Positions 28,851 through 44,202 are shown, counted from the stretch's first letter. The stretch is DNA of 64,000 nucleotides from Octopus vulgaris (GCA_951406725.2 OX597838.1:3968001-4032000), one strand, 5' to 3'. Translations and numbers: made by a program. Notes: generated from the sequence alone by a model not told the origin.

Positions 28851-29102
28851 CTCTGTTATCTCGGCCATTATGAGGGTATCAATTGTTTTAATCTTATCTT
28901 CCTGGTGTAAACTTCGTGTTTGTAGAAGGGAATTTTCCGTTTCTAGCCGGCAAGGGTCTAGGTTTGCACGTATTGTTGTTTCTTCTAGTGTTTCACCCTT
29001 TATTTCTTTGATGAGGAATTTTCTAGGGAGTATTGGGCTCTTCTTGTCCCGCCAGTTTTGGTATATTTTGGCTATGTTCTTACAGCGTATGCTCCCCCCC
29101 CC

Positions 29103-29133
<31 letters not shown>

Positions 29134-29401
29134 TATAAATTTAATAATATATAAATATATGCATATATACATACATATATGTACATACCTACATATATAT
29201 GTATATATATATATATATATACATGCATATATGGGAAGAGGACATAAAAAAATGTTGAACACAATGAGAAATGAAAACATTAAAAAAAACATAAAAAACG
29301 AACTTTTTTCGAACAACGAAAAAAAACAAACAGAGAAATGAGACATGCAACATAAAGAATATTCCCCTTCATCAGTTGTCCCTGTTTCATATATATATAA
29401 A

Positions 29402-29580
29402 GTTAATCCAAACAAGAAAGCACAAAAAAACACAACAACGCGAGGACGTGGAACAAATATAGTATTATTGGACGCTCAGGAAGGAAGGGAAGAAGGAGGG
29501 TTTAACGTTTCGAGCGGAACTCTTCGTCAGAAACATAGGAGAAGGAAAGATCCAGAGAAGGGAAGACAGAGGAAAAAAAA
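29402..29580 (-). mobile_element. Penelope-like terminal fragment with a minimal hammerhead at 29500-29534
   Basis: GUUU-CUGACGA-A-GAGuuccgCUC-GAA-ACGU-U-AAAC; inserted in (TA)n. Confidence 0.75.
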
Positions 29581-29601
29581 ACATATATATATATATATAT
29601 A

Positions 29602-30062
29602 TAGGCGCAGGAGTGGCTGTGTGGCGAGCAGCTTGTTTACCAATCACATGATCCTGTGTTCAGTCCCACTGCGTGGCACCTTGCACAGATGTCTTCTATT
29701 GCCTCGGGCTGACCAAAGCCTTGTGAGTGGATTTGGTAGACGGAAACTGAAAGAAGCCCGTCGTATATATATATATATATATATATATATAATGTATGTA
29801 TGTATGTATGTATGTATGTATGTATGTATGTATGTATGTGTGTGTGCGCGTGTTTGTGTGTCTGTGTTTGTCCCCCCACCAACATCGCTTGACAACCGAT
29901 CCTGGTGTGTTTACGTCCCCGTAACTTAGCGGTTCGGCAAAAGAGACTGATAGAATAAGTACTAGGCTTACAAAGAGTAAGTCTTGGGGTCGATTTGTTC
30001 GACTAAAGGCGGTGCTCCAGCATCGCCGCAATCAAATGACTGAAACAAGCAAAGAATAAAGA
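29602..30062 (+). mobile_element. SINE family A
   Basis: Full-length match to the other copies. Confidence 0.9.
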
Positions 30063-30077
30063 TATATATATATATAC

Positions 30078-30132
<55 letters not shown>

Positions 30133-30899
30133 TATATACATAGAGAGAGACAAGACACACAGAGAGACAAATAGATAGGTAGAGAGATAGAGTGAGAAAG
30201 AAAGAGGAAAGAGAGAGAGAGAGATGGAGAGAGACTGGTGTTTTCTCTTAGGATCAAAATTCCTAACATAACGTTTTAAAATAACAACCCTGTCACTCCT
30301 CAGCGATGTAATTGTTTCAATTCCAACTTGAAGATATCATATCAAGTCACGTGCCGAGCCAAGTACAGCTCAGAGTTTAAAATAGACGAAACGCAAATAA
30401 CATTGTTTTTTGGCGATAAATTTAGGCTCTATTGTATTAATCATTCTTTTATCTTTTTTACTTTTTTTTTTTTCTTGGTGGTTTAGTCAGAAGCTGAAGG
30501 ACACCTTTTGCCAATAAACCGTTCTGTGATAGGTAGAAGGAAATAGGAACCAGATCAGTGACTAACCTGAAAGCTAGCAAAATATCAAAACCCGTTAACG
30601 ACACACAAGATGTGCAGAAATCGTTGTAATTTGTAGTTTTTGTTCTTGCTGCAGTTATCTTTTACTTGATTCAGACATTAGACTGCGGCCATTCTGGGGC
30701 ACTGATTTCAAGTCGAATGAATCGACCCCCCCCCCCCCTGCATTTTTCTTTTCTTCTTTTTTTCTGGTGTGTTATTCTCGGAGAATTTATGGTGGTAATA
30801 GTGCCTTTTGACGTCTATATTTCAGTGCGGGGCGAGTTGCAAGCCAAGCCCTTATTATAATTATGTATATAATTATAAAATATTTATATGTATATAGTG

Positions 30900-31100
30900 A
30901 CCTCGTGTGTACCGTTGGCGATTTTTTTTCCTCTGTCTTCCCTTCTCTGGATCTTTCCTTCTCCTATGTTTCCGACGAAGAGCTCCGCTCGAAACGTTAA
31001 ACCCTCCTTCTTCCCTTCTTTCCTGAGCGTCCAATAATACTTTATTTGCTCCACGTCCTCGCGTTGTTGTGTTTTTTTTGTGCTTTTTGTTTGGATTAAC
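30900..31100 (+). mobile_element. Penelope-like terminal fragment with a minimal hammerhead at 30968-31002
   Basis: GUUU-CCGACGA-A-GAGCuccGCUC-GAA-ACGU-U-AAAC; inverted copy of 29402-29580. Confidence 0.75.
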
Positions 31101-31123
31101 TTATATATATATATATTATCTTG

Positions 31124-31208
<85 letters not shown>

Positions 31209-32045
31209 ACGCACTAGAAATATATGTGTGTAAATATGTTTATCTCCGTATTTATTCTGCTAAATTATCTCGCTCATACATTCATCCATCCATCTATATT
31301 TATTATTTCAAAAATCCATACGAGGAATATATCCGACATTTATTTTTTATCGTACATTTTTATTTTGTATATTATATTCTGTGTGATTCTTTGTCTGTTT
31401 GGATTCTTAATTAGCATAAAGGTTCGAAATTGGAACCGAACAAAGAAATTAAACCAATAAATAAATAGATAAATAAAAACAGAAATGGTAAATTTAACAA
31501 TGGAAACTTCTTCTTTCTCTGCAATCTAAAAGACCGTCTAAAGTTCGGTAGAGTATATGTCGGAGGTGGGTGGCACTGGTGCCGGCGAGTGTCGGGGGGA
31601 GGTTGGCTCGCTCGTCTTTAATTGGTCTCTTCTCATTTTACAGAATGATTATAAAAGATAGATGATAGCCAAAATCTAAAGAACGGATCGGGGTCGGGTC
31701 GGGTGGGGGGAGAGGAGTGGAGGGTTGATGTCGAGCGGTGGTGGTGGTGGTGGTGGTGGTAGATGGTTGAGAACCCGGAAGAAGAGATTTCTGTGTTCAA
31801 AGATTAGTGAGGAATCGGGATTGAGTTTGGGATTGGATGAGGTGAGGGTGGGGGGAGCTAAATTACGAGGTGGGGCGGGGTGGGAGAGTGGGGGATTGTT
31901 AGAGAGACAGGTGGTGGGGTGAGCTGCTGGGTGCGATTTGGTGGTGGTGGTAGTGGTGGTGGTGGTGGTGGTAGTGCTGGTGGAGTGGTACTTTAAGAAA
32001 TATGAAATGAAACCCTCAAAAAGAGAATTATTATTCTTATTATTA

Positions 32046-32190
<145 letters not shown>

Positions 32191-32246
32191 CATTATTATT
32201 ATTATTATTATTATCATTATTATTATCATTATTATTATTATTATTA

Positions 32247-32316
<70 letters not shown>

Positions 32317-32554
32317 TCTTATTATTATCATTATTATTACTACTACTACTACTACTATTATTATTATTATCGTTATTATTATGGAAGACGACGGAGGTGA
32401 GGTAGAAGAATGGATAAAGAAACAAGAGACATTTGAAACAGGTCGAAGAAGGTAAAAAGTTTATTAAATAAAGAAAGAGAGAAAAACTGCTTAGTAAAAT
32501 AATTAGATGAGGAGAAAATTAAATAGATTGAAAAGAAAACATAAGGCTAGATAT

Positions 32555-32755
<201 letters not shown>

Positions 32756-33049
32756 TGGATGGATGGATGGATGGATATAAATATATGCGTGTATGTGTAT
32801 GTGTGTGTATGTTTATATATATATATGTATATGTATATGCATATGTATACACGCACACACACACACACACATATATATATATAATAATATTATGGAGTAT
32901 AACTCCAAACTTATAGGGAAAAATTCAATTTAGTATTAATCAAATTTCACAGTATTAAAAAATATACTTTATTTTTTATTTATGATTTGGTTTATGTCTA
33001 TCATTGTTTGAATTGCATAATGGTGGTTTTTTAAATCTAATTTATATTT

Positions 33050-33148
<99 letters not shown>

Positions 33149-33275
33149 TCTCTGTTCTTCTGTCACTGTGTATCTATTTATCTTTCTGCCTTTCTATCAA
33201 TTTATCTCTCAGGCGCGCACGCACATGTAATATACATACAATATCTGTATGTATTTATTAATTAATCTCTCTATT

Positions 33276-33317
<42 letters not shown>

Positions 33318-33339
33318 GACCACCACCACCTGCTTCACT

Positions 33340-33395
<56 letters not shown>

Positions 33396-33511
33396 ACCAC
33401 ACACACATATACAGTTTCTATATCGCTCGTTTCTCTTTTCTTGTCCGTCTATACTCACGGCTCATATGAAGACGCACTAACAAACTACGTTGTCATGACA
33501 ACGGCTCATTC

Positions 33512-33561
<50 letters not shown>

Positions 33562-33806
33562 AAAAACGAACATTGTGGAGGGGGGGATGAGAAGAGAGAG
33601 TAGTTTCTGTACGTTTGCTTAGGGGCTGTTTTGATTTTGTTTTTTTTTTGTCTTTTGAAGGTTCGTAATACGTAAAACAAAAAAAAAGACAAACAAACAT
33701 ACAACAAAAGACGAACAAACAACCCAATAAATAAATAAATAAAGCGGGGAGAGGTAGGGAGAATAAATGTGGAGTAGGGTGGGGTGTAGAATTAGAAGTA
33801 TAGAAA

Positions 33807-33839
<33 letters not shown>

Positions 33840-33933
33840 CCGTCAAGATGGCTGCTTATGGAGAAGAGTGAAGGACGTTTGTCAATGTACATCAGAGGTG
33901 TTGTTTGATGAAGCAAAAGGCACATACTCAAGG

Positions 33934-33972
<39 letters not shown>

Positions 33973-34002
33973 TATACATACCAAAACACACATATATATG
34001 TG

Positions 34003-34047
<45 letters not shown>

Positions 34048-34107
34048 TACCGCAGTGAATATAATGACGAAGTATATATATATATATTTATTTATTTATA
34101 TATACAC

Positions 34108-34172
<65 letters not shown>

Positions 34173-34414
34173 CATATACACATAAGTGTGTGTGTGTGTG
34201 TTTTATTATACATTACATATTTCCCCACTTGAGTGTTGCCTTCTCTTTGATGGCTTCCTATAATTAAACTCCTCCATTAACACGAGAACAGGCTGCGAAT
34301 TGGCAGAATGCTTAATATGAAGGTCAGAATCCTGAGTATAAAACAACGACGAAAAAAAAATGGACGCCACGAAAACCGCTGTCTTTTTTTTTGTGTGTGT
34401 GAATAAGAATAGTC

Positions 34415-34625
34415 TACTGATATTGATTTCAAATTTTGGCACAAGGCCAGCAATTTTGGACGGGGTTGCGGTGGTGGGGGTGATTAAATCGAATACATCG
34501 TCCCCAGCGCTCAGCTGATCCTTATTTTTATCGACACTGAAAGGATGAAAGGCAAAGTCGACCCCGGTAACATTTGAACTTAGAATGTAAAGTCAGAAGA
34601 AAGAAGCTTGATACTTGACAAGTCC
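34415..34625 (-). mobile_element. SINE family B, degenerate
   Basis: TATCGACACTGAAAGGATGAAAGGCAAAGTCGACCCCGG..TTTGAACTTAGAATGTAAAG. Confidence 0.75.
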
Positions 34626-34629
34626 TTTA

Positions 34630-35015
34630 ACCCCTCGTGGGTCGTTGGGGCGCTGCAGCCATGTAGTGTATCTGGGGCGAGAAAGCTTGACGGAGCCCAT
34701 TCCTCTCCAGGCCAAACTCATTTCTACGGCTGAGTGGACTGGAACAATGTGAAGTGAAATGCTTCTGTTCAAGAACACAACACAACGGATTGCCCGATCC
34801 AAGAATCGAAACCACAATCTCACGGTCGTGAATCCAACACCCCAACCACCAAGCAACGCGCCTCCACTAGTCGTACTCATTTTCTACGGCTGAGTGGACT
34901 GGAGCAACGTGGAGCAACGTGGAGCAACGTGAAGTGCTTCTGCTCAAGAACACAACGGATCGCCCGGTCCAGGTATGAAAACCAGAACCCAACACCCTAA
35001 CCACCAAGCCACGCG
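34630..35015 (-). mobile_element. SINE family C plus partial tandem duplicate
   Basis: ACTCATTTCTACGGCTGAGTGGACTGGA..TCAAGAACACAAC occurs twice. Confidence 0.75.
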
Positions 35016-35169
35016 CCGCCGTGGTAATGATTCTACCAGCTGGTAACCTTGTGGTTTACGGATATTTTTTTTAATCGTTATTTGCACGGTGTACAACGGA
35101 ATCGGAAACGACGATGATTTGCATTTTGTTTCTCTAAGAAAGTCCCAAACAAGGCGAGGAATCACTTGG

Positions 35170-35539
35170 TGAAAAGAGACTTTGAAGAAAGAGAAATTAA
35201 GCTGAAGGAATTCAGGTCAAAAGACGAAGGAAAACAACGAGATGGGAAAAAAGAGTTCCAAAGTCTGGCAGTTCGACGAAAAATCTACGACCGTCAGGTG
35301 AGATGACGTAATGTGATAAGGAATGATGGGAGAAGCTTCATCAGAGCACTTCTTGTGGCAATAACGATAGAAAAGACCAAAGCTGGTGACGTCACGTCAA
35401 TGTGACAAGGGTTACAGAGAGGGGCCAATCAAATTAGAGACTCACTTCTGGACCCGGTCGAAGAGATCCAAACGACAAGATGGTGCACCAGCCCAAATAA
35501 GACAACAGTTTTCCATACAAGAATGGATTGTGGGCTTCT
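35170..35539 (-). mobile_element. CR1/L2/Jockey-group LINE RT C-terminal remnant
   Basis: Minus strand reads CMENCCLIWAGAPSCRLDLFDRVQK..PLSH*RDV..LFYRYCHKKCSDE..RTARLWNS. Confidence 0.75.
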
Positions 35540-35551
35540 AAAGATACATGA

Positions 35552-35854
35552 GTGGAGGCACATGGCCTAGAGGTTAGAGCAGCGGACTCGCGGTCGAGGG
35601 ATCGCGGGTTCGAATCTCAGACCGGGGGATGTGTGTGTTTATGAGCGAAACACCTAAGCTCCACGCGGCTCCGGCAGAATGTAATGGCGAAACTTCTGCT
35701 GACTCTTTCGCCACAACTTTCTCTCAATCTCTCCTCCTGCATCTTGCAGCTCACCTGCGATGGATCGGCGTCCCGTCCAGGTGGGGAACCTATACGCCAA
35801 GGAAACCGGGAAACCGGCCCCAACGAGTCAGGGATGGCTTGAGAAGGAACAAAC
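35552..35854 (+). mobile_element. tRNA-derived SINE (family C-related) with a 12-bp TSD
   Basis: A box TGGCCTAGAGG and B box GGTTCGAATCT; TSD AAAGATACATGA at 35540-35551 and 35855-35866. Confidence 0.9.
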
Positions 35855-36646
35855 AAAGATACATGATGTCCATGTCCCGTCTTACGGCCTTTACAGTGTT
35901 CGCAGAACTACAAGCAGCGATCATGGCGTCAGTATTTTGATAGACGGTGCGAATCATCATGATACAGGTAACACGTCTCTAGTATCCACATGGCTTCCCG
36001 TCTTCAATGCCAACCAGTTTTTTTTTCTAAACTATAAATTTAATCTTCATGCTCTCCAACGCCGTTGACTGTTCACACATTACATCAAGCTGTTCCTGGA
36101 AAAAAAGGAAACATAAAAATCGTCAAATATAACCCAAACACCCTATATGTAATTTGTCCTGAATATATTATCTCCTATGCGCTCGGTGTCTCTGTATGCA
36201 TGTGTACACATGTCTATGTGTTCGCATGTGGGTAATGTCCTAGATAAAAATATTCCATACGCTGTCTCGTATGCATCTGTCTGTGTATGTCTGTGCAAGC
36301 ATCCTTATGTCATTGTGTGCAAAGAATGTCCTACATACGCTACGAAACTATAACTATTTCTCAGATACCCACTTTGTATTATTGTTTCTTCTGTGCCAAA
36401 TGCTGTGATATCAAAACCATTGTTTAACAGATAACTTTACCAAAATCTGTTATGCGATCGCCATTTTTTTTTTATTTCTTTTTTTTTTTCTTCGTTTTTC
36501 TTCTTTGCTTTTCTTGTCGTCTTCGCTCTTGCTTTTTTATTTATTTATTTATTTATTCTGTGACTTGGGGAGTCCTCGTCTTAGTGAATGCCAACAACCA
36601 AAGAAATACATATTTGCATACATACATGCATACATACTATATATAT

Positions 36647-36756
<110 letters not shown>

Positions 36757-36782
36757 TATATATATATACATATATTTATATA

Positions 36783-36887
<105 letters not shown>

Positions 36888-37044
36888 ATGTATATATATA
36901 TGCATGCATATATATATATATATATATGTATGTATAAGCACATATATATACATATGTATATGTATATGTATGTATATATATATAAAATTATGTATGCGTA
37001 TATATGTGTGTGTGTGTGCGTGTGCATATGTATATACGTATATG

Positions 37045-37081
<37 letters not shown>

Positions 37082-37894
37082 ATTTATATGCATGTATATA
37101 TATATATATATATATATACATGTGTGTGTGTTATATTTTTGTGTAGGCGTGCATGTGTATGTGTGTATGCATATGTGTCTGTGTGTGTGTGTGTGCGTGC
37201 GTGCGGGTATCTGTTTCTTTTATTTTAACAAATATATCTGAAATTACAAAATAATAGCAGCGAACGACTGGCAGCACATCTTTATCAAAACAAATTTCTA
37301 GCTTAAATCAACTTTTAAATATCGATGTTATTTTAAAACAAACAATTCTTTGTGGGGTTTTTCAGAGTTTCCTTTTTTTTTGGGTTTTTTTTTCTTATCT
37401 GAAATAAACAAACATCAGATCTGCGAATGAGTAAGAAAAAATGGTTTGAAGGCTTCCGTGGGTGGGCAAGTGGAGTAACAGAACTAGAGGCACCTGAAAC
37501 AATATTTTCGAGTTTTTGGAAAAGAAACTACAGAACGTTCGTTCTGTTGGTGAGAAACCAGGGAAAACGTAAAACCCCCAGTGGCGCCATCTTAGTTAGT
37601 CTTGATTCGGTGGAGTTTCTGCAGTGTTTTGTTCTGTAATGTGAAAAATGGCTTTGTGTGTGTGTTGGTGTGTGTTGGTATGTGTGTGTGTGTGTGAGAG
37701 AGAAAGAGAGAGAAAGAGAGAGAGAGGGAGAGAAAGGGGGAGAGAGAGAACGCATACATATGTAAAAGAAATAATGGAAGGAAGAAAGAATGAGAGAATG
37801 AAAGTAAAACAGAAGAAAGAAAGAAAGAAAGAAAGAAATGTGTTACGGTATTGAATTATTTGTTTCAGGATCTATAAAATAAAGTATCAGTCAA

Positions 37895-37955
<61 letters not shown>

Positions 37956-38021
37956 CAGTTGGAGCCCCAGCATGATCGCAGCTTTGAGGCAGAAAGCAAA
38001 TTAAATACTTTAAGATGTATA

Positions 38022-38066
<45 letters not shown>

Positions 38067-38189
38067 ATACACGCACATACATAGATGTAGGAAATCAATA
38101 ATAGACAAAATTAAATAGACGTTCACAGTTAGTACTATTATTAGAATGACACCCAAAAATAAAAGGGCAAGAAGTTATATGAAGTGAAA

Positions 38190-38224
38190 GTATAACGTTT
38201 CGGACATAGTTCTTCATCGGATAC
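38190..38224 (-). ncRNA. Minimal hammerhead motif, CCGAUGA core variant
   Basis: GUAU-CCGAUGA-A-GAACuauGUCC-GAA-ACGU-U-AUAC with a perfect 4-bp stem I. Confidence 0.6.
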
Positions 38225-38321
38225 ACCAAGAAAAGACCAAGGAAGAGGAGAAAGACGGGAGGAGAGTTGAGAGACACAGAGACACAGAAAGGGAGAGAGA
38301 GAGAGAGAGAGAGAGAAAGCG

Positions 38322-38364
<43 letters not shown>

Positions 38365-38459
38365 GAAGAGAGAGCGAGATAAAAATGTAGTGGATAACTC
38401 TTGAAGAAAGAATGGAGGTCAAGCATGATAGATAGAGAGAGAGAGAGAAAAAGAGAGAG

Positions 38460-38525
<66 letters not shown>

Positions 38526-38595
38526 GTAGGTAGGTAGGTAGGTAGGTAGGTAGGTAGGTAGGTAGGTAGGTAGGTAGGTAGGTAGGTTGGTAGGT

Positions 38596-38626
<31 letters not shown>

Positions 38627-38789
38627 CAAGCAGGCAGGCAAGATAAGATATAAGATAAGATAAGATAAGATAAGATAGACAGACAGACAAAGCAGATATG
38701 TAAAAGTAAAATAACTTCAGTATAGACAACACAGAGTTGCAGATTTCGACGAGGACGTCCTGCAAATCCTGGTGAGACAAAATTTCATC

Positions 38790-39282
38790 GTAACTGTTGA
38801 GGGATTAGCAGAGAAGATTGGATTTGGTCATCCAACCATTCATCAACACCTGCGCTAGAAGAAAAACGACCATCTTCGGTTTCATGACGAAAGATGTTTT
38901 TCCATCAGGAGAATGCTCGGCCACATACAGCGAGGATGACATTCCAAAGGCCTGGAGAAGTTTGACTGGGAAACGATGCCCCACCCACCATATTTGCAGG
39001 ACATTGCCCCATCTGATTATCATTTATTCCGCAGTCTTCAAAATCATTTGGATGGGAAAATATGAATTCTGTAGACGAGGTCAGAACAGTAGTGGAGGAG
39101 TATTTTTCGTCACGGACAAGTGAATCTTGGAAGAAGGGGCTTTGCAAGGCTACCCAGATGGAAGAGCATTGTAGAAAATGAAGGAGAGTATATTTTAGAT
39201 TAAAAAAAAGAACTTTGTTTATCTTAATTTTGAGAAATAAAAGTATTTTTTTTTAAATGCATTACTTATGGGATGACCCAAT
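38790..39282 (+). mobile_element. Mariner transposase C-terminal remnant with right TIR
   Basis: FHQENARPHTA..WETMPHPPYLQDIAPSDYHLFRSLQNHL..IVENEGEYILD*; terminal AAATGCATTACTTATGGGATGACCCAAT. Confidence 0.9.
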
Positions 39283-39372
39283 GTATGTTATATCACACAA
39301 TACTTCAGCAAAACTGCATCTTAAACTTTATAGATGTATGTATTTATCCATGTCAGTGTGTGCGTGTGTGAA

Positions 39373-39422
<50 letters not shown>

Positions 39423-39460
39423 GATAGGTTCACACAATATTTCATTATATAATATATATA

Positions 39461-39493
<33 letters not shown>

Positions 39494-39517
39494 CTTTAAT
39501 TTTATGTGTGCGTATAA

Positions 39518-39559
<42 letters not shown>

Positions 39560-39647
39560 AGAGTAAACACATAAATGTGAAACAAGGTGGAAAAAAGAGT
39601 ACTCAAATACCAGTGGTAGAGTAATATGCTTTATTTTAAAGAATAAA

Positions 39648-39685
<38 letters not shown>

Positions 39686-40762
39686 TAAATGATATATTGC
39701 AATGAGTTCGCGTAAAATATATCGACTGGAATGAAAGTTGCTGACTCGTCATCTCTTTGTTGTGAATATTTCCTCTGTGTTATTATACACATGTCACTTA
39801 GCGGCGAAAGGAATCAGGGAGAAAAAAATTATGGAGGACGAAGAACAAACTGACAACGATGATGTCTACGACGACAGCAACCGAGGTAGACAACAGAAGA
39901 TGATGACAGCAAAACAAAAAAAGAAGAAATATGATAAAAAAGAAAACACGACGGAAGAAGACGAAAGAAGACGTCAGAAGATGGCGGAGAAAAGATGACG
40001 TCGCAGGTGGAGGAGTAAATGTCGGAAGAATATAGAAAAGAATTATGAGAAGGATATAGAAGACGTCGGAAGAGTGTAGAGGTAGGGAAGGGAGGGGGGG
40101 GCGAAAGGAGGAGAAAAAGGAAAAGGCGGGAAAATGAGTCGTCTGCTTTAGTGATAAATTAAAAACAACAAATTTTAGCAAAGCAAAAAAAATGTCGTTC
40201 GAAAGAAAGTTGTTAAACAAAACTGAATAAAATCGCTTGGGCTGTGCGATGGCGGTGTAGGTAGGTTGATGAATTGAGAATGTGGGTAAACGTGTTCAGA
40301 TGGATGCGTGGATAAGCTATTTGGATGAGTAGATGTGAATGGAAGGTTTGTGTGGATATGTAATGGACGGGTTTGGGGATGTGTGGACGTGAAAGGAAAA
40401 TATGAACTTCGTTGCCACAATTTCGTTACTCTACTTCTGGCTAATGATAAAAGGTTCGGCAATAAGTAATGATAGCACGGTATGCTGCTGCTACTACTAC
40501 TACTGCTACTACGACTACTGCTGCTGCTTGGATGAGACAGGTTGTGTATATTGTTAGGCGTGTGTTCTATTGTGTATATTATATGAAAGTTGTGTGACAG
40601 TATGTATATCGTGTATATTTTGAGACAATGCATGTGTGACAGTGTATGTGTGTCTACAACCCTCCTCATCACAAACATACATATATGTTGTGTATACTGT
40701 GTGTGTCGTGTATATTGTATGACAATGAGGTTGTAGTGCGTAACAGTATTTACATGTTTTGT

Positions 40763-40858
<96 letters not shown>

Positions 40859-41012
40859 TGATGGATGGATGGATGGATGGATGGATGGATGGATGGATAG
40901 ATAGATAGATAGGTAGGTAGGTAGGTAGATAGATAGATAGACAGACAGACAGATGATGGATGGATGGATGGATGGATAGATAGATAGATAGATAGATAGG
41001 TAGGTAGGTAGG

Positions 41013-41081
<69 letters not shown>

Positions 41082-41131
41082 GGATAGAAATAGATAGATA
41101 GAGAGATAGATGGATGGATGGATGGATGGAT

Positions 41132-41230
<99 letters not shown>

Positions 41231-41394
41231 GTTGGCTCCGTACATCTGAGGATGTGGACGTATTTTGCACGTACGAAACTTTAAATCTATGCTGCTGAGT
41301 CAAATTATTAAATACTTGAAACAACAACGAAATGTGTTGAACACCTTCGTTCGTTCAGCCACTCTTGTGTGTGTGTGTGTATGTGTGTGAGTGT

Positions 41395-41433
<39 letters not shown>

Positions 41434-42036
41434 TATTTGCACAGCTGTCTTTGTAAGTATCTAAGGATAACTATTTATAAATACGTATTACATGTATAAC
41501 TATTTGTATGTGTGTGTGTGTGTGTTTCTATGTATGTGTGTCTGTGTGTATTTTGTGTCTGTGTATGTGTATATTATTAATTATCGTGTAAAAGCGAGGA
41601 CAGACAGAGATAGAAATAGAGGGGTCAGAAAATAAGAACGATATATATATTGTATAAAAGCATTAGTGTGTCACGCGCCTGTGTGTGTATGTGTGTTCTT
41701 GAGAGACCGAGAATTGCGGAATAAGTTTTCGTTACGTAACTATAAAAGAACTAGAATAATAGAATAATAGAACCAGAGATAAAAGATGAATTTGAGATGA
41801 GTAGCAGGAAAAGGCAAGAAGAGTAGGAAGAAGGAGGATGGGATAGGAAGAGAGAGAGTAGAAGGGGGAGGGAATGGAGTGATGAAGTGGGAGGGTGTTA
41901 ATATTGTAAATTGTGTTAAGGGCCTGAAGGCTTTTGATGGGGGCCAGCGATAGATTTAGATTGGTGTAGTTGGCGTGGGGAAGAGGTGCATGCTTTGAGT
42001 ATGTGTGTGTATGCGTGTGTGTCTGTGTGTATATAT

Positions 42037-42128
<92 letters not shown>

Positions 42129-42344
42129 GCTGGCAGGTAGGCGCTCAGACGGACAGATATACTGTCTGACACAGACAGAGAGATGGACAGATGGACAGCC
42201 AGTCAGATGGACGGACAGACAGGCAGTCAGACAGACAGATAGATGAATGGATGATTGCATATATAAGGATGGATGGAAGGATGGGTCGATGGATGGATGA
42301 ACGGACGAACAGATTGACAGGTAGATAGCTATCCAGATATAGAT

Positions 42345-43290
42345 ATGTTTCTTTATTGGCCACACAGGGCTGAACACAAAGGGGACAAAATACAAAGTAG
42401 AGCTTTTCTTTTTGGGAGGAAAAAAAGGGGGTAGCATTTCGATCAAAAGGTGTCGTGGAGAGCAAAAATGGGCTGATCAATAGGGATCGTGCATCACAGA
42501 AATTTCATAATGTAAAATGGGGGAGCAGATTAGGTTTATCCGTGGAAAGAAAAGCCTACGTAAAAGACCACGGTAACCTCGAGCAATAATGTCATGCAAA
42601 AAAACACATTCCAGTAAGTGATTCTCTTTTTCCCTTTCTTTTTCTGGTTCATAGGATTATGCTCAAGATGGCTCCGTCATTCATACGTGCCATCCTTGCA
42701 ACATTCACCCATCTTTCTTTAAAACATTCGCTAGACAAGACTTCCCTCTCTACTCTCACCTCACTGTCCTCTTCTAGTGATACTTGAAGAAGTTGATGAG
42801 AGATTCAGCAGAAAGGAAAGTGTTTGTCTCTTGACCTTTCAGACGCGTTCACCATAAACATTCTTTCGCCATAGCCACAAGTACGATGAAAATGGCTCTT
42901 TCTTCCCGTTTCAAGGAAGGAGGTGCGACGATATTCACGACAGACTTGGCTGATAAGCTGACTCGTCACCACACGCGATAGCAGTCGTTCGACATAGGCC
43001 CACAGGTCGGAAATGGCTGAGACACTGTACGAGTGCGTGTAAAACGGTTATGTCGCTCTGACCGCATCTCGGGCAGGTCGGCCCCGTGTTTCTCGAGCCA
43101 TGCCTGTAGAGCTTATCCCGAACGGGTCGCGCTTCTCGATAGCACTGCCAGGCCAGTGATCTCTGGAAGTTGTCCACAGATCCCGGTCCGAAAGTCATCT
43201 TGAGCAGGCGGGTCAGGTATTCCTCGTCGATGCCCAGGTTCGCCCCGAACTTCGTCGTCGTACCCGCCCTCCACTAATCCTCTATAGAAT
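42345..43290 (-). mobile_element. Tx1/L1-type LINE ORF2 C-terminus and 3' UTR
   Basis: LAWQCYREARPVRDKL..TCPRCGQSDITVLHALVQC (CCHC, zf-RVT-like) followed by AKECLWWTR..F..RW; 3' AATAAAG is followed by TATC-like repeats. Confidence 0.85.
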
Positions 43291-43300
43291 GCTGCTGCTG

Positions 43301-43345
<45 letters not shown>

Positions 43346-44202
43346 TACTACTACAAAAACAATAAAACGACATCGGAAATTACGTCAAGAACAACACGTT
43401 ATGATATTGATGATGATGATAATACGAAGAATGATGACGATCATGATCATGATGACGAAGATGACGACGACGACGACGATAGTGATCCGTCATGTGACCG
43501 TCAGGGTAGAAGGGACAGCCGCACAGGATTGCCTGCCCCGGCGAGGTGTCTTTCAGCATCATTTTTTAGGTTTATTATTACATAAGATAGGCGTATGACC
43601 TCATATTTCATGAGAGGGAGGGACGGAGGAAGAGGGTGAAGAGGAGGAGGTGTGTTTCAGCACGGTGGTAGTTTTGGGTTGATGACGATGTTACTGGTGG
43701 TGGTGGCAGTGATGTTGATGGTAGCGGTGGCGGCGGAGTGGCAGCGGCGTTGTTGTTATTGTTGTTGTAGTTGGTGGTGGTGGTGGTGGTGGTGGTGGTG
43801 GTTGTGGTGGTGGTGGTGGTGGTGGTGGTGGTGGTGGTGGCAGTGGTTGTGGCAGCGGAGGCGGTGATGGTGTATTTAAAGGTGATATCCTTGTTTTAAA
43901 TTTAAAAAAAAACAGAAATAATAATTTTGAGAAAGAAAAAAAACGAAACAAAGTCGAACCAAATAAACAAAACAAGCATTTATAATCGTCATCATAAAAA
44001 AAGGGGGCGGGCAGCAGGGTAAATGAAAGAGAGAGAAAAAAACACAAGGAAAAGAAGAAACAAAAGGGAGAAAGAATAGGGCTCAGGAAACTTCTAAAGG
44101 GAATAAATGATCAGAGTTGATGAGTTGTTTTGGATAGGTCTATACATTTAGAACAAGAATTTGACTTTGTACACGCACATACGCACCTCTGTGTGTGCGT
44201 GT

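Noticed and set aside
35887-36095. Minus-strand exon candidate with a strong polypyrimidine acceptor at 36096
   Set aside because: All frames contain stops and the donor is weak; such signals arise by chance in T-rich DNA.
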